DNA of 45,523 bases from Neovahlkampfia damariscottae (lineage: Eukaryota). The DNA lies in NCBI GenBank assembly GCA_016618085.1, contig JABLTG010000153.1, forward strand, positions 1 to 45,523, written 5' to 3'. The notes below the pieces were generated by a model. That model worked only from the letters and a program-made list of their open reading frames with translations. It had not been told where the DNA came from and searched no databases. Positions 1 to 10,872 of the stretch are shown piece after piece. Every line of letters begins with the position of its first letter. The first letter of the stretch is position 1. Made by a program: the position numbers and the translations under genes.

Positions 1-2
1 TA

Positions 3-607
3 AATGCAAATGAGAATCCAGAATCTTCAAAATACCCTTGGTTGTTCAATAGAAAATTGAAAAAAATACCACGAGATGCTTTAGATTATGCTATTCAGCA
101 ATATGTCTGTAATGTTCACAGTTCAACGGAAATGCTGAAAGAAAAACAAAAGAAAACAAACAAAAAATCAAATTAGAAGCAAACATGAAAAAAAGAACTG
201 AAAAAATGTCTCAAAGTGTTGGAATACCAGTCAATGGTGGTAAACCAAGTATTGTCAAAGGAATGATTAAAAAATGGGAAAGAAAAATTCATAGTACAAC
301 AGTGAGAAAAATGCTTCATTGGTCTCATTTTCAATTTCGTCAAACACTAAAACATCTTGCTCAAAAAGATTCTGTTCAAGTACATGAAGTTTCAGAACAT
401 TATACCAGTTGTACATGTGGATCATGTGGAAAAATAGATTGGAAACTTGGAAAAAAAGATTATTTCAATTGTAAATATTGTAATTTTTCTCTTCCAAGAG
501 ATTATAATGGAGCAAGAAATATATTTCTGATGAATATACAAAATTTTATTGGAAATCCAAAACTGCCAGCACTGCTGGCGACGGTCCTATCCCGAAAGAA
601 ACCTTGA
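3..607 (+). mobile_element. Fanzor2 (eukaryotic TnpB, IS607-like) nuclease gene remnant; 5'-truncated by the window, frameshifted and internally deleted
   Basis: ORF 185-607 has RKMLHWSHFQFRQTL, VSEHYTSCTCGSCG (Fanzor-type relocated Glu plus first CxxC) and CKYC...RDYNGARNIFL (second CxxC plus RuvC-III Asp). Frame 3 (3-176) encodes KYPWLF..K.IPRDALDYAIQQY, resembling the REC lobe, and stops at TAG 174-176 after an A-run. No RuvC-I (DPG-like) motif or bridge helix is present. Confidence 0.85.
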
Positions 608-690
608 TGTTAATATCTGGTCTGATTAATCAGAATGAACAGAAAAGTCAGTTTTAAGATAGCGGTTCTGAATTATTTCTCCGTTTCACA
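555..690 (+). ncRNA. Candidate Fanzor omegaRNA scaffold / transposon right end
   Basis: Locally GC-richer stretch overlapping the ORF 3' end. Hairpin GCCAGC-act-GCTGGC (565-579) and perfect palindrome TCTGATTAATCAGA (621-634). The position matches known TnpB/Fanzor omegaRNAs; boundaries are inferred. Confidence 0.5.
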
Positions 691-730
691 TCCAATGATA
701 ATCTTCACAAATTTTGTACAAATTTTTATT

Positions 731-1783
731 TCAATAAAGAAATTGAACTTCAACTTGTTCCAAAGCTGTGTTCAATTGAATTGCTGGATAACAAGGTAAT
801 TGTTTAATTTCCATTGAGTATTCAGATCCATTACTGTGTCTAAATTCAATTTTTTTTTTTGATGGAGAAACTGAAACTTCGATACTGTCACCTGTCACAA
901 ATCCCATATTGACACCTGGTATTCCATTTTTTTGATCATTCCAACCATAACCATTTGCTGAAATACCATAAAAACCACTTGATGATTGAGTATATTGCCA
1001 CGGTTTATCACGTTTTGGATGAGCTAATTTTTCTGTTACAACTCCAATTCCAATCCAAGCAATGAAATTTGAAATATTAACTTTGAATTTGAAATCAAAA
1101 TCTTCAATTTTTTGATCTAAAACACAAAATCTATTTTGAGAAACACCTGAAGTACTCTTTTTTGTGATAAATCCATGCTTAATTTTCATTTCTCCTTTTA
1201 CAAAATTCCAATGATCTGTAATTAATAGTTGTTGACTTTTAAACATATTTTCCCATTTTAAAAGAATATCAATATCTTTAATAGAATCTAATTCATTAAG
1301 ATTAACTTCTTGAAGTGTTTTATTAATCTCTTCAAGTTCTTTTGCTTTTGTTTGTAACTCTTCAATTTTTCCTAAAATTTTAACAATTTCATTTCCATTT
1401 CTTTCATGAGCTTTTTGAACGTTTTGAGAAATATTTTGTAATTTTCCTTTTATATCTATGATATAATCAGATGTTAATTTGTAGTCATGATTTTTATGAT
1501 CCAAGACTTCTTCAGGTGTATTAATTCTAACTGAACAAGTAAGACAAAAAAGTTCTTTTGTGTTTTTTTCTGAAAGTTCAAGTTTTTCATGATTTTGTTT
1601 TGCTTTTGGAGTATGAAGTATTTGAAAACAAGTTGAACAAAATGTATCAGAACATTCTCCACAAAAATGAGCTTCTTGTTCTTCTTTGCAGTGTTCTTTT
1701 GTTTAAAAAGTTTAAAGGTTCTTACTACATAATACAGTGAAATTTTTTGGATTCTTTTCTTTTGCTAAGTTCTCAATTTTCAT
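731..1783 (-). CDS. TRIM-like protein: B-box zinc fingers, coiled coil and SPRY/B30.2-like domain (2 exons)
   Basis: ATG at 1783 and a 30-nt intron (1696-1725) give CKHC...FCGECSDTFCSTCFQILH and ELFCLTC...DHKNH in frame with ORF 731-1504, which contains the SPRY-like motifs WIGIGVV, GFYGISANG and GDSIEV. Confidence 0.75.
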
Positions 1784-1869
1784 TTTGAAGCAGAGAAGAT
1801 TTGACCAATCATTTTATTTGAAATATCTATTAATAACTTGGAAAATGAAAAGTGGTAATTTGAACAACT

Positions 1870-2075
1870 TATTCAAAAAAAACTCAATTTGAATTTTTTC
1901 TATGAACCATATGAATTCAATTGAATGACTGGATAAATGTCTCCTCTGAATTCCAATTCTAGTAATTCTTTTTGACCTTTTTGATGATTGAATTGAATTG
2001 TTTTATTTAGTGGAGAAACATAAACATCAATGTAATCATCATTTTTCCACCTTTTGATTTTTCTTGTCGAGTTCA
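1870..2075 (-). pseudogene. SPRY-domain C-terminal fragment, paralogous to the adjacent TRIM-like gene
   Basis: IDVYVSPLNKTIQFNH...YPVIQLN aligns with IEVSVSPSKKKIEFRH...YPAIQLN of 731-1504. After a frameshift near 1900 it continues EKIQIEFFL (compare EQVEVQFLY). Confidence 0.55.
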
Positions 2076-2137
2076 TAGTATCAATGCATGGTATAAAAAA
2101 AAAAACAAACAATTGAGAATTAATGCCGAAATTTTAT

Positions 2138-3145
2138 TCAATCAAAATAAATGAAGTTAAATTTAATATTCTCTACTTTTCTGACATCCCTAATTAATTT
2201 GAAATACATCATGGAGTGCCACTTGACTTCAATATCTGTCCATTTCAGATAATTTGGAATGTGATTCATCATATCTCGATCTGTGATTGACAGAACTATT
2301 CTTTTGTCATATTTCTTTTCTATTGGCAAAATTTTGTAAATTCTTCCATTTTTTCTAACAATCTCACACAATTCTTGATTTTCAATGATCTTTACATTTT
2401 CTGAATTGAGGAATGAATACTGATTATGTCTCAAGATTAAATCAATGACATTTTTTCTATTTAGTTCATTTTTTGTCAGAAACTTAAGATATCTTGGATG
2501 CTCTTCTACAGCTAACAGTATGAGTCTTTCTGGTTTCTGTTTTACTTGTTTGAACACTTGAAAATTCACTTTGTACAGTTCCACAATGAAATCAACATTA
2601 AATCGTAATTCTTCTATGATAAACTCGAAACATGTTGGTGAATATTTCACGCACTCCTTCAAAAATGCAATATCATTCTGAAATTCATCACAAGCATATT
2701 CTAAACAAAAACCAAAAGATTTTACAGCTAAAAGCATGAATTCTCTATCATTTCGAAATTCAGGATCTAAATATTGAAGAGATTCACCATTCAAACTAAC
2801 ACAATCTTCAGCCATATTTGTGTTAAAAAATTGCAAATCAATGTACAGCAGTAATCTGTCAAATCTAACTCGAGGAATTAAAGACTTCAAAAGTTCTTTG
2901 TTATATTTCCAATCTTGAGGGAGTTCATTCAAAATTTTAAGGTTTGATAAAACTGCTTGTTTGTAAAACTCTACATTTTGCAATTTTTTGTCAATATGAT
3001 TTATCATTGAAGGTTCATACGCGCATGCTGTCAGTGCATGTTCTCTGTTTCTTCTGACATATTTGGTGAATTTTTTGAATTCTGTCGGATTCCTTGCTAA
3101 AGTATTTTGTATTGCACTAAAAGTATGTCGTGAGTTTTTGCCCAT
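2138..3145 (-). CDS. DUF4116 repeat protein
   Basis: Repeats such as NGESLQYLDPEFRNDREFMLLAVKSFGFCLEYACDEFQND match the DUF4116 pattern. Confidence 0.75.
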   Translation of the reverse strand: MGKNSRHTFSAIQNTLARNPTEFKKFTKYVRRNREHALTACAYEPSMINHIDKKLQNVEFYKQAVLSNLKILNELPQDWKYNKELLKSLIPRVRFDRLLLYIDLQFFNTNMAEDCVSLNGESLQYLDPEFRNDREFMLLAVKSFGFCLEYACDEFQNDIAFLKECVKYSPTCFEFIIEELRFNVDFIVELYKVNFQVFKQVKQKPERLILLAVEEHPRYLKFLTKNELNRKNVIDLILRHNQYSFLNSENVKIIENQELCEIVRKNGRIYKILPIEKKYDKRIVLSITDRDMMNHIPNYLKWTDIEVKWHSMMYFKLIRDVRKVENIKFNFIYFD

Positions 3146-3226
3146 TTGAGTTTGATTGGATGATTCAACAGTGCATATTGAAATTGAAAATATACATCAA
3201 ATTGGAAATTGAAAAAAAATTAACAT

Positions 3227-5035
3227 TTACTTCAAACTCTTTAAAAAAAATATCAAAATAACCAAATAAAAAATGAATCCGCAAGGAGATAAAAGTGAAA
3301 CTTGAATACTCAATTTTGATAATGAATTTTTAGAAATGAAATACCAAAAGTGATGTATTCTTGTTGTCAAATAAATCAAAAAGATCATTTTTAAAAAAAT
3401 ATTCAATTTTTTTTCGTAAATGAAATAGAGTAAAATGATTGAAAATGAAAAATATAAATACCAAATTGAAAATGAATGAATGACATCAACATTAGGAATA
3501 AACGAATAATCATCAATTCTTAATAATCCAATTGTAAATACTGCTCCAAAAACATTGTCTAATGTGTCAATTATTTATTTTCAAAAACCTGCAATTTCAA
3601 TGAACATCCAAGGACCTATTAACAAATAAATCGATGAAAATAGAAAGAAATAATAAATATTTCTTTTCATATTTTTAATTTCTCCGAGTTTAAAAATCAA
3701 TGAAATCATCAAAAACAGATGAAATGTGAAATAAAAAAATCGTAAAGTGAAAGTCCAATTCGTGAGTAATACCATTCTCCCAATAAAGGATTTGAACGTT
3801 AAGTTTGGTTGTGTTCCATCTAATGAAAACTTTTGATTTTGAACAAATTCTTCTTCATCAAATTTAACGACTATTTTTAGATCGTGAAGTCCAGATGAAT
3901 ATTTTGACGAATCCCACGATGTTTGATATACTGGAGATTTCAATCGATCAACTTCAGCATTTATAAGTTCCCCATCAATATATACTTCAATGTTAGTGTG
4001 CTCCTTTTGAGAAAAAAGCAAGAATCTGATTTGATTGTCCTTCATTCTATGGAGTGGTTCTAACTCAGAAATGTATCGGCAGTCTTTTGGATTAGTCACT
4101 AGAATTTTTGGTTTATCATCAACTTTAATGTCTATAAATGACATTATATCATTGTCAAAAGCAAATAGACGAACATTGTTTTCATGAGCAAAATCTGGAG
4201 ATTCCAACTCAAGATGTCCATTGTCCAACATTGCTTTCAATTCTGTGCCCATTGAATACATAGTATGTAGATGACCACTTAAATAAGCCAAATAGCGATA
4301 TTTTCTTGAAAGTTCATTCAAAGATAATCCAGTTGATGTCAGATCTGAATTAATAACTGATTGAGGATAATGACCAAACAAAATAGTTTGATTAAAATCA
4401 TTACTCTTTTTCAATTCAAATTCTATTGAATTCATCTTATTTTGATTCAATTCACCAAAAAAATTGAATAACCTCATCAAACCAACATCTTTCGTTGCAT
4501 CAATTCCAATAAATTTATATGATGATCTTTTGGTTTTATGGATATGAGTTATGATACTATTATTATCAAATTGTCTTGATACTGAAAAATCTTTAAAATA
4601 ATTTTTTTTTTCATTCATTCCTTTAACATTGAAAGAATCATGATTTCCTTTCAAATCAAACCAAAAATCTGATTTGTACAAACCATTTTTTTCTAATGTG
4701 TTCATGTAAAATTTCCATTCTTCATAATTTTGTTCAGACCTACCATTTAATAAAGCATGAGTCAAATCACCAGTTGTTAAAACAAATTCTGGTTGAATCA
4801 TTTTTTTAATCAAAACTTGAGCTAAAAACTCAAATCTTTTTAATCGTTTCCGGTATAATTTTGTATCTTCTTTTGATATGTGAATATCTGAAACTTGTAA
4901 AAACCAAAATATTTCATCCTCGAAGACTACTTCATTGATGTGTTTTATGCTAATTTTTTTTGGAGATTTGATTGAAAAAAAAAAACATGATATAATCACC
5001 ATTAATGAAGATATAATGACATAGTTTCTGAACAT
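3227..5035 (-). CDS. TMEM62: TMEM62-like calcineurin-type metallophosphoesterase with C-terminal TM helices (2 exons)
   Basis: Motifs SDIH, TGDL, GNHD, GHYP and SGHLH. A 30-nt intron (3559-3588) extends the frame through hydrophobic helices to TAA at 3227-3229. Confidence 0.8.
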
Positions 5036-5102
5036 TTTTCACTCTTGTGTTTTTAACACGAGTAAAAATATGATTGGACAAACAAAACTCCTCCGAGTTG
5101 AA

Positions 5103-5990
5103 ATGCACACAACTAAAGATTCAGTTTTGGAGATTCTAAATTCCCATGGCTATGTTGATGTTTATAAATTGTTTGATAATATTTCAGAAAACCTTCAAAA
5201 AGATCCAGAAATTTTGTCAAAATTTATTATGAGACACCCAAGAACGTTTATGTCAAAATTACCTCAGAATTTACAAAAAAATAGAGATTATATCAGGAAT
5301 TTAATTCTCAAAATACCTTCAGCGTTTGAATTTGCTCCATTGGAAATGAAAATGGATGAAAATTTTGTTTTGGGAATTGTCAAAGAAAATATGAATGCTT
5401 CGACTATTGTCAGATATATTAATAAAGAAATGAAAAATAATAAAATAATTGCTTTAGAGGCAATCACAAAGGATGCAAGAAATTTGCAATTTTTTGGAGA
5501 TGAAATTAAAGATAACGAATCAATGGTGTTAAAATCAGTTTCACAAAAGGGAACATCAATACAATATGCATCTGATAGACTGAAGAAAAATGAATCTATT
5601 TATTTGTCAGCAATATTTGAAAATCCAATTTGTTTATTTTATGCTCCTGAAGAAATTACAAAAAATTCAAAGTTGATTTTTGAAGCAATGAAATTGAATC
5701 CAACTGCATTTGAATATGCACATTCAAGTTTAAAAAGTAATAGAGAATTATTGATGGATATAGTAAAGTCACATGGAAAATGTTTGAGATATGCTTCAAG
5801 AGAGTTGAAAAATGATAAAGAATTGGTGATTGAAGCTATTAAAAATGATGAAAAGGCTTTCAGATTATGTTCTGAATCGTTACAAAATGATATAGAATTG
5901 ATATGGATTTCAAAGAAGAGATACAAATTTATTTCAAACTGTGGGTTTAAAGATGTGAATTTCTCATTTATTTGGAATTTCAGTAATTAA
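5103..5990 (+). CDS. DUF4116 repeat protein
   Basis: GKCLRYASRELKNDKELVIEAIKND-type repeats. Start placed at ATG 5103, downstream of the ATTGG motif; the ORF track starts at 5070. Confidence 0.8.
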   Translation: MHTTKDSVLEILNSHGYVDVYKLFDNISENLQKDPEILSKFIMRHPRTFMSKLPQNLQKNRDYIRNLILKIPSAFEFAPLEMKMDENFVLGIVKENMNASTIVRYINKEMKNNKIIALEAITKDARNLQFFGDEIKDNESMVLKSVSQKGTSIQYASDRLKKNESIYLSAIFENPICLFYAPEEITKNSKLIFEAMKLNPTAFEYAHSSLKSNRELLMDIVKSHGKCLRYASRELKNDKELVIEAIKNDEKAFRLCSESLQNDIELIWISKKRYKFISNCGFKDVNFSFIWNFSN

Positions 5991-6112
5991 AAAATAAATA
6001 TTGCTCTCAAATTTGTCTCTTTGTTTGATATATTCATTGAAAAAGATTAACCAATCAGCAAAGTTCCTTTAAGCTTCAACGTTTTCACACAAAAAAGTGA
6101 ATCTCATTCAAA

Positions 6113-6640
6113 ATGAAGAATTATCAACGTTGGTTACAGAGAAAAAACAAAAAAGCAGAAATTTTAATTCATCTAAGACAACTTGATTCCCAAGATAAAT
6201 TTATTGACTGGTTCACAGAGTTTGATGATGATGAAGAAATTTTATTAGCTGCTGTATGTTGTAATGGTTCTTTAATTCGTTTTGGTTCATCAAGAATCCG
6301 TGGAATTAAAAAAATTGTTTTGAATGCGGTCACCCATTCAGGATCTTCTCTTTATCATGCTTCAAAAGATTTAAGGAATGACGAAGAAGTTGTTTTTGCG
6401 GCTGTTACAAATGATGGTATGAGTTTAAACTATGCTTCCAATAACATGAAAAACAAAAAAAACATTGTTTTGACAGCTGTAGCTCAAAATCCTCTCGCTT
6501 TTGATTTTATATTATTAGAAAATTTAAAACAAGATATTGAAGTAAATATGGCAAAAAATAGATTGTATTTTCGGTTGTTGCCTTCAAATGAAAAAATACA
6601 GCAACTTTCAGATTTGAATTTTATTTTTAAAAAAAAATGA
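6113..6640 (+). CDS. DUF4116 repeat protein
   Basis: GSSLYHASKDLRNDEEVVFAAVTNDGMSLNYAS repeats. Confidence 0.8.
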   Translation: MKNYQRWLQRKNKKAEILIHLRQLDSQDKFIDWFTEFDDDEEILLAAVCCNGSLIRFGSSRIRGIKKIVLNAVTHSGSSLYHASKDLRNDEEVVFAAVTNDGMSLNYASNNMKNKKNIVLTAVAQNPLAFDFILLENLKQDIEVNMAKNRLYFRLLPSNEKIQQLSDLNFIFKKK

Positions 6641-6813
6641 GATTTGAACACATGAACTTTAATCTGTTGTTCAATAATCTCCCATCTCAAAAGTTATTTA
6701 AACCAAAAAATATCTCAAGCAAAACAAAAAAAAGTTCATATATAAAATAGTTTCACTTTTTTAAAGAAAATATGTGATTACAACTTGTGCCACAAACCAA
6801 TCACAACACTTGG

Positions 6814-9625
6814 ATGAATGAAGAGACAAGAAACAAAGAAACAAAACCTCTAATCTTTGAATTTTTTGCTTTTTATCCAACTCATTGGTACAATAGTTGT
6901 TTTATCTGGATTGTTGTTCCATTATTGCTATACTTACCTTCAATTGGTTTTGCAATTTATTCACAAACTTCTTTGCCAAACCCAGAAACAATAAACTCAA
7001 ATCCTTTGAAATTTTCAGAATTAAGAGCAAGAGAATATTATAAAAATATAACTTATTCAAACAAAGTCATTGGATCTTCTGGAAATATTTTAACAAGAAA
7101 TTTCATCATTAAACAACTTCAAGAATTTAAAAAAAGATCAAAAAATAATTTCAGAATAGAAATTGAATTCCAAATTTTTCAAGAAAAAGGTTACTACAAT
7201 TTGATGAATGTTCTTTGCAGAGTCAGTGATCCACGAACAAATAAAAACAGTTCAAGTTTATTAATCAGTACACATTATGATGCTGTATTTCCTAGTTACG
7301 GAGCTTCAGATGATGGTGTTGGCATTGTAACAAATTTAGAAATTTTAAGAGTTTTACTGACGAGAGACGAACCTCCAAAAAATCCAATCATTTTTATTTT
7401 TGTAGATGGTGAAGAAGCAAAATTATTAGGCTCTCAAGCATTCAAAGAACATAGTTGGTTCAAATTTGTCAAATTATTTTTAAACACTGACAGTAGTGGT
7501 AAAATTTTTTTTTATTTTCATATTTAATGAAAGGTGGACCGAATTCAGTAATATTTTGGATATTTAACGAATTTTTAGGAGATCATGTTCAGATTATCAC
7601 CTTCTTCTTTGATCAAATTATATTCATCAGTTCCGTATCCTCATGCAAGTTCCTTTGGTAGTTTTATTGTTTCATTTCTTCCTTTAGGAACCGATTATAT
7701 TGCTTACACTGAAAATGGTCTGAAAGGATTGGATTTTGCTTTTTATTCATATGGTTATGGTTATCATACATTACTTGATAGATTAGATAAAATATCATTT
7801 GGTGGAATTCAACATTTAGGAGAGGTAAAAAATAAAATTATTAATCAATAGAATCAACTGGCAATTTCTGATTATATTGAATCAAACAATATCCTAGATC
7901 ACCAAGAATTTGATCAAACTCAATGGGTATTCTTTGATTTCATTGGAAAATATTTAGTGTATTATTCATACTTTACTTCAAGATTAATTGAAATATTTTT
8001 GATATTCTCTGGAATATTAGTTTTGTTTGCCAATGGATTTCTATTGAATTATGAAATCAAATTATACCAAAATAAGAAAATGACTAAACAATCATCAACT
8101 GACAAATTATGTGAAAGTTACTCTTATGTATTGATATATTTCTTCGGTTATATTTTCAGTATCATAACTGGAATAATTTTCAGTGCAATATTTTCATTTC
8201 TTTTAATGTTAGTCAATCCAATGGCTTGGTATGGATCATTGACTTTTTCTTGGATTTTGTTTGGTTTGTCAACTCTTTTTGGAATGTTTGTGGGACAATG
8301 GATTATTAATGCTGGTGTTGGAAAATGGTGTTGTCAAAGATTGAGAAAACACCGACCGAAAATCAAATACAATGGAAATTTAGCAAAATTCCACTCTTTA
8401 AAGAAAGAACGTTATCTTGCTTTGACCTTATTTTGGATAATATTTTTGATGATTATTTCATTCTTTGGTGCATCATTTGCTTATATTGTTATACTTTATG
8501 CAGCTGTGGTTGTCCCATTTTCGATCATTTTTTTCATTATTGACTCAGGTGTTCGAATTTTGGTAGCAAAAAATGCAATTTATCAACCAATTCAAACAGA
8601 CCCATCAGATAAAGACATAAACAAATCATCGGGTTCTAAACAACCATCTTACATATTTCTATTGACAGAACACAAAATTTACTGGATGACTATTCCTTTG
8701 ATAACTTTTATTCCATGCACAATTTCAATGGATTTATTTATTAGAGTATCATCATCTTTGGTTGGTCTGTTAGGAAAGGTTGGATTTTTACCAGATATAT
8801 CAATGGCTATTCCTATATCCTTGTTCACATGCTTTCTTGTTATTTCATATCTTCCAAGTAATTTTCAACTCTTTTTAACTATTATCAGTTTTACATTCAG
8901 GATCAAATTTTGGAAAATTTACAATTCCTTTGGGTTTAGTTTGTATAATTGTATTATTTTCTTCATTTTTTGTTCAACCTTTTTCATCGGAGCATCCTAC
9001 AACTCCATTAATTTTTATCAATCATGTGAATACATTTTCAATTGATTCCAGAAATGTTCCAAGAAAGTTAGAAGCAAAAACTTTTTATACATTTTATACA
9101 CCTCATTCAATTATTCAAAAATCACTTGAAGATTATCGAAAAAATATCAAAGGAGACTTTAAAATTCAATGTACTTCAGATGTTTGTGAATTGGAAAATA
9201 TGCCAAGTCCAGTGGTCAACAATATTAATATTTTCAAAACAGCAAATACTATTGTATCTGTAGATGGTGAAAAAAAGATTCAATTTTCTATTGAAATTGT
9301 TCCTGATTATCCAACTCGTTATAGCTCAATTGAATCAAAATTGGGAGGTAATATCTTTTTCGTAAATGATCCAGATGAATCAAAAATCATAAAAAAAGAT
9401 GGAATTTATCACAAATATGGATTCAATACAAAAAAATGGATTATCAAAGTTCAAATTCCATTTAATCAAAAAAGAATGGATTTATTATTTTTGTCGACTT
9501 ATTGTGATTTGAATTTATCTCCATTTTTAAAAGAGTTCTTCAAAAGATATCCATTTATTACTATTGAAGGATTTGGGGAATGTAAATTTTTGAATATTCA
9601 TAACTCAATAACCATTCAAATATAA
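6814..9625 (+). CDS. M28 family membrane metallopeptidase (ERMP1-like), multi-exon
   Basis: HYD, GASDDG, GEEAKLLGS, TDY and YHT motifs followed by multiple TM helices. Introns at 7499-7533 and 7548-7578 flank a 14-nt exon; further introns near 7825-7851 and about 8858-8888. Confidence 0.85.
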
Positions 9626-9633
9626 ATTATAGT

Positions 9634-10713
9634 TTATTTTAAATATGAACACCATTGCATGAATTCATAAACATCTAATGTAATTTTTCCATCTTTATCT
9701 GTATCAATAGCTCTAAAAATATTCATCACTGTTCCAACAAATCCACAAAGCATAATATAACCATCAAAAGTTAATTGACCTTTTTTATGAACATCAAATT
9801 TTTGGAATAGAGCATCTAAAACTTGAGGTTTGACTTGAATTCCTGCTGACATTAAAGCTGAAGCTGTTTCATTTCTATCTAAAAATCCAGAACCATCTTT
9901 ATCAATTTTTGCAAATGCTCCTTTCATGTTGACAAGATATTGGTATAAACCAACAAATTCATTAAAAGCAAGAGTACCTGAATTATCTTTGTCAAAGAGT
10001 TTGACAAGTAAAACAACAGCTGCATCAGAAAATGTCATATTACCTTGTGAAAGAGCAACTTGTAATTCTTTATGATCAATTTTTCCTGATCCGTCTTTAT
10101 CAACTTTTGAAAACCATTGAAACAACATTTGTTGTTGTTGATTCATGCCTTGTTGGTTTTGTTGACCATATCCTTGTTGTTGGTTATATCCTCCTTGTTG
10201 TTGTCCGTATCCTTGTTGTTGTTGTCCATATCCTTGTTGATTTTGTTGTCCATAACTTCCTTGTTGATTATAACCTCCTTGTTGTTGATTATAACCACCT
10301 TGTTGTTGGTTATAACCTCCTTGTTGTTGATTATAACCTCCTTGTTGTTGGTTATAACCACCTTGTTGTTGAACTCCATAACCACCTTGTTGTTGATTAT
10401 ACCCACCTTGTTGTTGGTTATAACCTCCTTGTTGATTTTGTTGTCCAAAACTACCTTGTCCTCCTTGTTGTTGTTGGTTTTGTTGTTGATTTTGTTGTTG
10501 ATTTTGTTGACCAAAAGAACCTTGTCCTCCTTGTTGTTGTCCTTGATTTTGTTGGCCAAATGATCCAGAACCTTGTTGTTGAGGTTGTTGACCTTGTTGC
10601 ATTCCACCATAACCTTGTTGAATACCACCTTGTTGTTGACTATTCTTGTTTTCACTTCCTTGTTGTTGAAGTCCACCATAGCCTTGTTGAAGTCCTCCGT
10701 AACCTTGTTGCAT
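9634..10713 (-). CDS. Penta-EF-hand protein (peflin/ALG-2/sorcin-like) with a long Q/G/Y-rich N-terminus
   Basis: EF loops DKDGSGKID, DKDNSGTL, DKDGSGFLD and DTDKDGKIT; N-terminal (QQQGGYN)n low-complexity region. Confidence 0.9.
   Translation of the reverse strand: MQQGYGGLQQGYGGLQQQGSENKNSQQQGGIQQGYGGMQQGQQPQQQGSGSFGQQNQGQQQGGQGSFGQQNQQQNQQQNQQQQGGQGSFGQQNQQGGYNQQQGGYNQQQGGYGVQQQGGYNQQQGGYNQQQGGYNQQQGGYNQQQGGYNQQGSYGQQNQQGYGQQQQGYGQQQGGYNQQQGYGQQNQQGMNQQQQMLFQWFSKVDKDGSGKIDHKELQVALSQGNMTFSDAAVVLLVKLFDKDNSGTLAFNEFVGLYQYLVNMKGAFAKIDKDGSGFLDRNETASALMSAGIQVKPQVLDALFQKFDVHKKGQLTFDGYIMLCGFVGTVMNIFRAIDTDKDGKITLDVYEFMQWCSYLK
10140..10710 (-). repeat. Coding tandem repeats (about 21-nt units encoding QQQGGYN)
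   Basis: Repeated ccttgttgttg...ataa units on the + strand inside the PEF gene. Confidence 0.85.
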
Positions 10714-10872
10714 TTTTTTTTTCTTGTGTTTGGAATAATATGATTGGATGAACAAATTGGTGTAACTTTTATTTTTTGATTTTATTTCATATTTAAGAAA
10801 ATTGGTTTTTTATAATTAGAATCAATTGCAACAGAAAACCATTTCTATTGGTGAATTTTTGAGGTTAGGTTG

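Noticed and set aside
10140..10710. Regular 21-nt repeats considered as a CRISPR-like array
   Set aside because: They are in-frame coding repeats with no unique spacers, in a eukaryotic context with no cas genes.
10032..10751. Long overlapping ORFs (10032-10751 +, 10117-10563 +, 10143-10679 -) rich in V/L or N/K
   Set aside because: They are shadow frames of the CAA-rich Q/G repeat in the penta-EF-hand gene.
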